A stretch of DNA of 63,958 nucleotides, the filler included, from Piptocephalis cylindrospora (lineage: Eukaryota), in the NCBI GenBank assembly GCA_003614145.1. It is 7 parts of 7 records of this genome, joined end to end, with 100 filler letters (N's around TTAATTAATTAA, not from the genome) between each part and the next. Parts side by side here need not be neighbours in the genome. Positions count along the whole stretch, not along the records: positions 56,768 to 63,958 come from KZ988220.1; 6 more parts are not named here. The stretch is one strand, 5' to 3'. The notes beneath the pieces were generated by a model. That model had not been told where the DNA came from, did not search any database, and saw only the letters and a list, made by a program, of their open reading frames with translations. Position 1 is the stretch's first letter. Each line of letters starts with the position of its first letter. Positions 61,531 through 63,958 of this stretch are shown one piece after another. Both the position numbers and the translations under genes were made by a program.

Positions 61531-63006
61531 CAGAGGATACCATCTTCCAGTAGGATAATTCCCCGTATCGATCCATTCATTCATTATTATTTTTTCTTGC
61601 AAAATTGGCATATATTTTAAAATAGAGCCCATACAATGTACATTCATTCATTGGCGGTCATCCTCATCTCCCATTGAGATCAAGACAATAGTTTCAGCGG
61701 AAATCACGGAAAAATATGCAGAATAAGCTTAGTCGACTGATCCTCGTGGAAATCGGAAGCGATAAGGTTGAACTCTCGGGTTCAATCCTTGTCACGGCCT
61801 CTTTCGAATTTTCACTTGGCCATCGAGAACCCAGAGGTTATCTTTGGGAAAAGGGTTGTCGCACCCAGCTTCGAGCTGGGTGTTAATTCTCCGTCGTCTT
61901 GACTATTCTGATACTCAGATCATCGGAATCGCTTCGGTCTGGCCGCTGAAGCAATAATATTCCGACCACTTTTGCCTTTCTTTGCTTCCGTCACAGGGGC
62001 AAGTTGAAGTGTGTTGAGAGCCCATAAAGCACCACAGATGTACGCTATCTCCTCACCTTTTTCCTCCTGGCTTCCTTCGCCCATCCCTAATTTGCAGTCA
62101 TCACCATGCTTCTATCTTTTTCATTAAGCCATCGGAAATGTCTAACAACTACATCGACATCCTCCCTATGCAATCCAACGACTCCCAGTTTCGCCTAGTT
62201 GGCAACGGTGGTTCTTGGGACTCATACTCACTACGCTATCCTCCCCAGCCTGTTCCTTCAAACTCCAGTGGATAAAAGTAGACACAGCGGTTTGAACACC
62301 TCTCTTTTCCTATCGCACCTCCCTATTAAAGCCGTCCTACTTGCTCGTCGACTTCTCTTACGACTCTCCTCACGTTTCCATCTCGAGAAGTCCTTTCTTG
62401 CATACCTTGGTTGAGCGAAAAAGAATCCATGGGCTGCGTTATTATTTCTATGGTCACCCCATCTGGCTTGCACACATAAACCAATGGTCCTTCCTTCCTT
62501 CCCTGGTCCCGATATATTTCGGAGAGTTTCCTAGATTTAGAGGCTGAAGGGGATAAAGCTTTGGGCCGCCATGGCCAAATCGTAAAGGGAAGAGGGTAAA
62601 AGTAGGGGAAATCCATAGGTCTGAGCACTCAATTCCTCTATCTCCTCGAATCAATCAGCTTTCCCGTAGCGGTGAGTCAAATTATGGCCGCGAAGATGTC
62701 TTTATTCATTATGATAATATGCTTAACGAATCTGCTTTCCCATTTTTCCATTCTAGTGCCAGCCATCACCAATAGGAATGGATCACAGACCATTTATTAT
62801 AAGGCCAACGGAAATAAGAGAGGAGCCCGCCGGGTTCATTCGAATGAATGCCTGAGTGATAACATCAATCCTGATCTATCATCCTTATATAGGGAAGGCT
62901 CTCTCTTGCACGTCAATCGCTATACTGATCATCGTGCATACAGAGGTAATAAACTCGACCATTTTCTCAGCACAACCACAATGTATTCGTTGAATAATGT
63001 AGTCGA

Positions 63007-63576
63007 CTACAATTGCACTTCAGGGAGGTCGATATATATACCCTTGGAGCCCCTTTCAACAAACCGACTGCGAATGAGTGGGCGAACGGCGCAGTCCAGA
63101 TCGCTAAATAGACGCCAGAGCTCCTTATCAAATTCCTCTGCGTACCCTGCCGGAAATTCATTTCCACCATTGGAGATGAGAGCGCATTGATTCAGATAGG
63201 GACGGAGATACCCAATTTTACTCCATCGGGGTGGCTTGAGGTAAGGCTCAAGAGCCATTCCTTCCCTAGGGAAAAGGTCTTCAAATAGTTGACGCCAAGT
63301 CTTGGTGTGATGCCGTCTCTTGATTGATCCCTCACATCGATCAGGAATGGAAATTCGAACTTGCTCCAGGCACCAACATGTGATCTTCCCGGTGGTTTGG
63401 AAATGCGTAGTAGCCATTATCATATCATCTTTAAGAAGAAGGAGTATTTCCTCCGCGGCCATTACCGCGCTGACTCCCTCATTACAGCCGCTCTTGCCTT
63501 GGACAGGTTGGATCGAGGTTTCCTCGCAAAGTAAGAGAGATACTTCCTTCAAGGGAAGGCCCAACCAAGAGTGCAC
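63007..63576 (-). CDS. Hypothetical ORF fragment in a transposon-rich region
   Basis: A 189-codon frame with a protein-like C-half (WRQLFEDLFP..WSKIGYL..LWRLFSDL). Starts at GTG. Family not recognised. Confidence 0.3.
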   Translation of the reverse strand: MHSWLGLPLKEVSLLLCEETSIQPVQGKSGCNEGVSAVMAAEEILLLLKDDMIMATTHFQTTGKITCWCLEQVRISIPDRCEGSIKRRHHTKTWRQLFEDLFPREGMALEPYLKPPRWSKIGYLRPYLNQCALISNGGNEFPAGYAEEFDKELWRLFSDLDCAVRPLIRSRFVERGSKGIYIDLPEVQL

Positions 63577-63714
63577 CGGCTCGTCTAAGCCAATAGCGGG
63601 CTGAACTTTAGTATAGGGGACACCTTTTTGAATGTGTGCTACTCGCTCTATAAAAGGCGCAGCGCAATGATTCTTTGTGCGTTCTGTAGCCTACCTTCTT
63701 CTTTCTCTTTCCCA

Positions 63715-63958
63715 ATGTTTCCTACCGCTTCTTCTCTTTCCAACCTTTTTTCCTCTGAGGAAGTGTGCATCCTCTTCCTTCTTGAGCATGGCATCTTGTA
63801 TGACCATCCCCCCTGCCCTGCTTGTGAGGGACCAACCGTAAGATATGGCAAACGCTATACCTGTCGGAGGAAGGCCTGTCGGAGGAAGATTTCCCTGTTT
63901 AAGGACTCTTTCTTCGCCAAGGGCAAACTTCCAGTCAACAAGGTGATGCAAATTGCCT
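63715..63958 (+). mobile_element. Merlin / IS1595 (ISXO2)-type transposase N-terminus, running off the window
   Basis: MFPT..SEEVCILFLLEHGIL..PCPACEG..YTCRRKACRRKISLFKDSFFAKGKLPVNKVMQI has a CxxC..Cx4C zinc ribbon followed by SxxxxSFFxxxxL. TATAAAA at about 63648. The catalytic domain is not in the window. Confidence 0.75.

Noticed and set aside
61725..61800. tRNA or SINE suggested by the B-box-like GGGTTCAATCC at 61778-61788
   Set aside because: I could not build a cloverleaf or find a convincing A-box.
62672..63190. 172-aa plus-strand ORF with a hydrophobic start
   Set aside because: It overlaps the more protein-like minus-strand ORF and has no motif support. It cannot be fully excluded.
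1..63958. CRISPR array, rRNA or prokaryotic operon
   Set aside because: No repeat-spacer pattern or rRNA motifs were seen, and the genes carry spliceosomal introns.

Overview
This is eukaryotic (fungal) DNA, not one locus. Seven unrelated contigs are joined by artificial 100-bp linkers (N44-TTAATTAATTAA-N44). The six complete contigs decrease in size (9391, 9382, 9371, 9351, 9337, 9335 bp). Genes have short GT-AG introns, several with CTAAC/CTGAC branch points. A Zn2Cys6 factor together with NELF-B suggests an early-diverging fungus, possibly Zoopagomycota (inference). Several rearrangements look like amplification or assembly chimeras: a 2368-bp inverted duplication at the ends of contig 1, a HRD3 gene split by an inverted block, and a chimeric ABD1 end. 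Housekeeping genes recognised: cysteine synthase (3' end), Rco1-like double-PHD protein, HRD3/SEL1, JMJD4, Pmp3/Sna, cyclin C (5' end), HNT1, CsbD-like, NCS-type EF-hand, ABD1 (3' end), DFG10, kinesin-6, ATP synthase subunit e, NIPSNAP, RDH-like SDR, BolA (3' end) and tRNA-Lys(CTT). There are also Tc1 and Merlin/IS1595-type transposon pieces. Best leads: an intact NELF-B/COBRA1 in a fungus; an intronless cluster of unrecognised secreted proteins (a paralog pair plus a two-repeat protein); an intact sphingomyelinase-fold gene lacking most catalytic residues; a protein with two tandem bZIP basic regions; and a degenerate secreted CAP protein. All family calls are from motif recognition by eye, without database searches.
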